Shown piece by piece: positions 63,270 to 64,000 of a DNA stretch of 64,000 nt. Origin of the DNA: Malacoraja senta. Taxonomy: Eukaryota. The notes beneath the pieces were generated by a model. It did not search any database. It saw nothing but the letters and a program-made list of their open reading frames with translations, and was not told the DNA's origin. A program made the position numbers and the translations under genes. Every line of letters starts with the position of its first letter. Within the stretch, counting starts at the first letter, position 1. The stretch lies in the NCBI GenBank assembly GCA_038087875.1, contig CM075988.1:1426001-1490000 (forward strand), in the 5' to 3' direction.

Positions 63270-63870
63270 AAATGCAGCCTAACTGAAGTCTTATAATGCT
63301 GCAACATGACTTCCTGGCTCTTGTACTCGATGCCTGACTAATGAAGGCAAGCATATCATGCAATTTCTTTCTCACTCTATCTTGTTTGTCATTTCAGGGA
63401 TGCTGAGATCCCTCTGTACATTTATCCCACTGTTTGGCCGTTAACCGTACACTCTCCCCTCCAAAAGTACAGCATCTCACACTTGCTCGGATTCAAGTTC
63501 ATTTGCCATTGCTCTGCACATTTCTGTAGCTGGGCTATATCCTTCCGCGTATTTTGACTGCCCTCCATATTGTCTGCGACTTGATCAATTTTGATGTTGT
63601 TTTCAAACTTACTAACCAACCCATTTAAATATGCATCTGAGTTGTTCATTAATAATATAAATACCACTCTTACCTCATCATCTATAATGGAGACAATACC
63701 AATTCTGGGAATATCACCCTGCCTCACAAAACTTTTTATCCACTTGTAAACATACTGACTAATCTGTGCTGCACCCTCTGAAAGACCAACATATATTTTG
63801 CAAAATGTGGTGCCCAGACTGAACACAGCATTCTAGGCATGGTTCATCCAAAGTCTTATGTAACTGTCAC
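63270..63870 (-). mobile_element. Old CR1 fragments
   Basis: LVSKFE..IKI..., CAEQWQMNLNPSKCEML. Confidence 0.7.
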
Positions 63871-64000
63871 ATAACATCCACACTGTTGTATTACAGCCCG
63901 TAAAACTAATGATCATCTTTCCATTAGCACTTTGAATAATTGCATGTACTGTCCATTGTTTTTTGTGATTTCTGTTAATGGACGGTTAAATGTCTAAAGC

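Overview
This is repeat-dense vertebrate DNA. The mix of HER1-like CR1 LINEs, HE1-type V-SINEs and Penelope-derived short repeats points to a cartilaginous fish, probably a skate or ray (inference). Most of the window is nested transposon debris: CR1 (one nearly full-length with esterase ORF1), L1/Tx1, Rex1/Babar, L2, RTE, Penelope-like elements (PLE), Tc1, hAT, a Harbinger-type MITE, a Helitron 5' end, two solo LTRs and a fossil Gypsy pol. There is one 200-N gap. Only one host exon is well supported (60121-60287, + strand, start-codon exon of a gene I cannot identify), so most of the window is probably intron or upstream DNA. The most notable observations are: (1) a TAG...CTA DNA-transposon family with 7-bp target-site duplications (TSDs) whose longer copy carries a putative terminal exon resembling a Spindlin-type Tudor domain; (2) about 15 minimal hammerhead-ribozyme motifs on PLE-derived repeats, two with intact cores, including short fold-back elements with 16-bp TSDs; (3) an unclassified CpG-rich element with 28-bp terminal inverted repeats (TIRs); (4) a GC-rich non-autonomous element with a Rex1-type tail. 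All family calls come from motif recognition by eye, without database searches, and boundaries of old decayed repeats are approximate.
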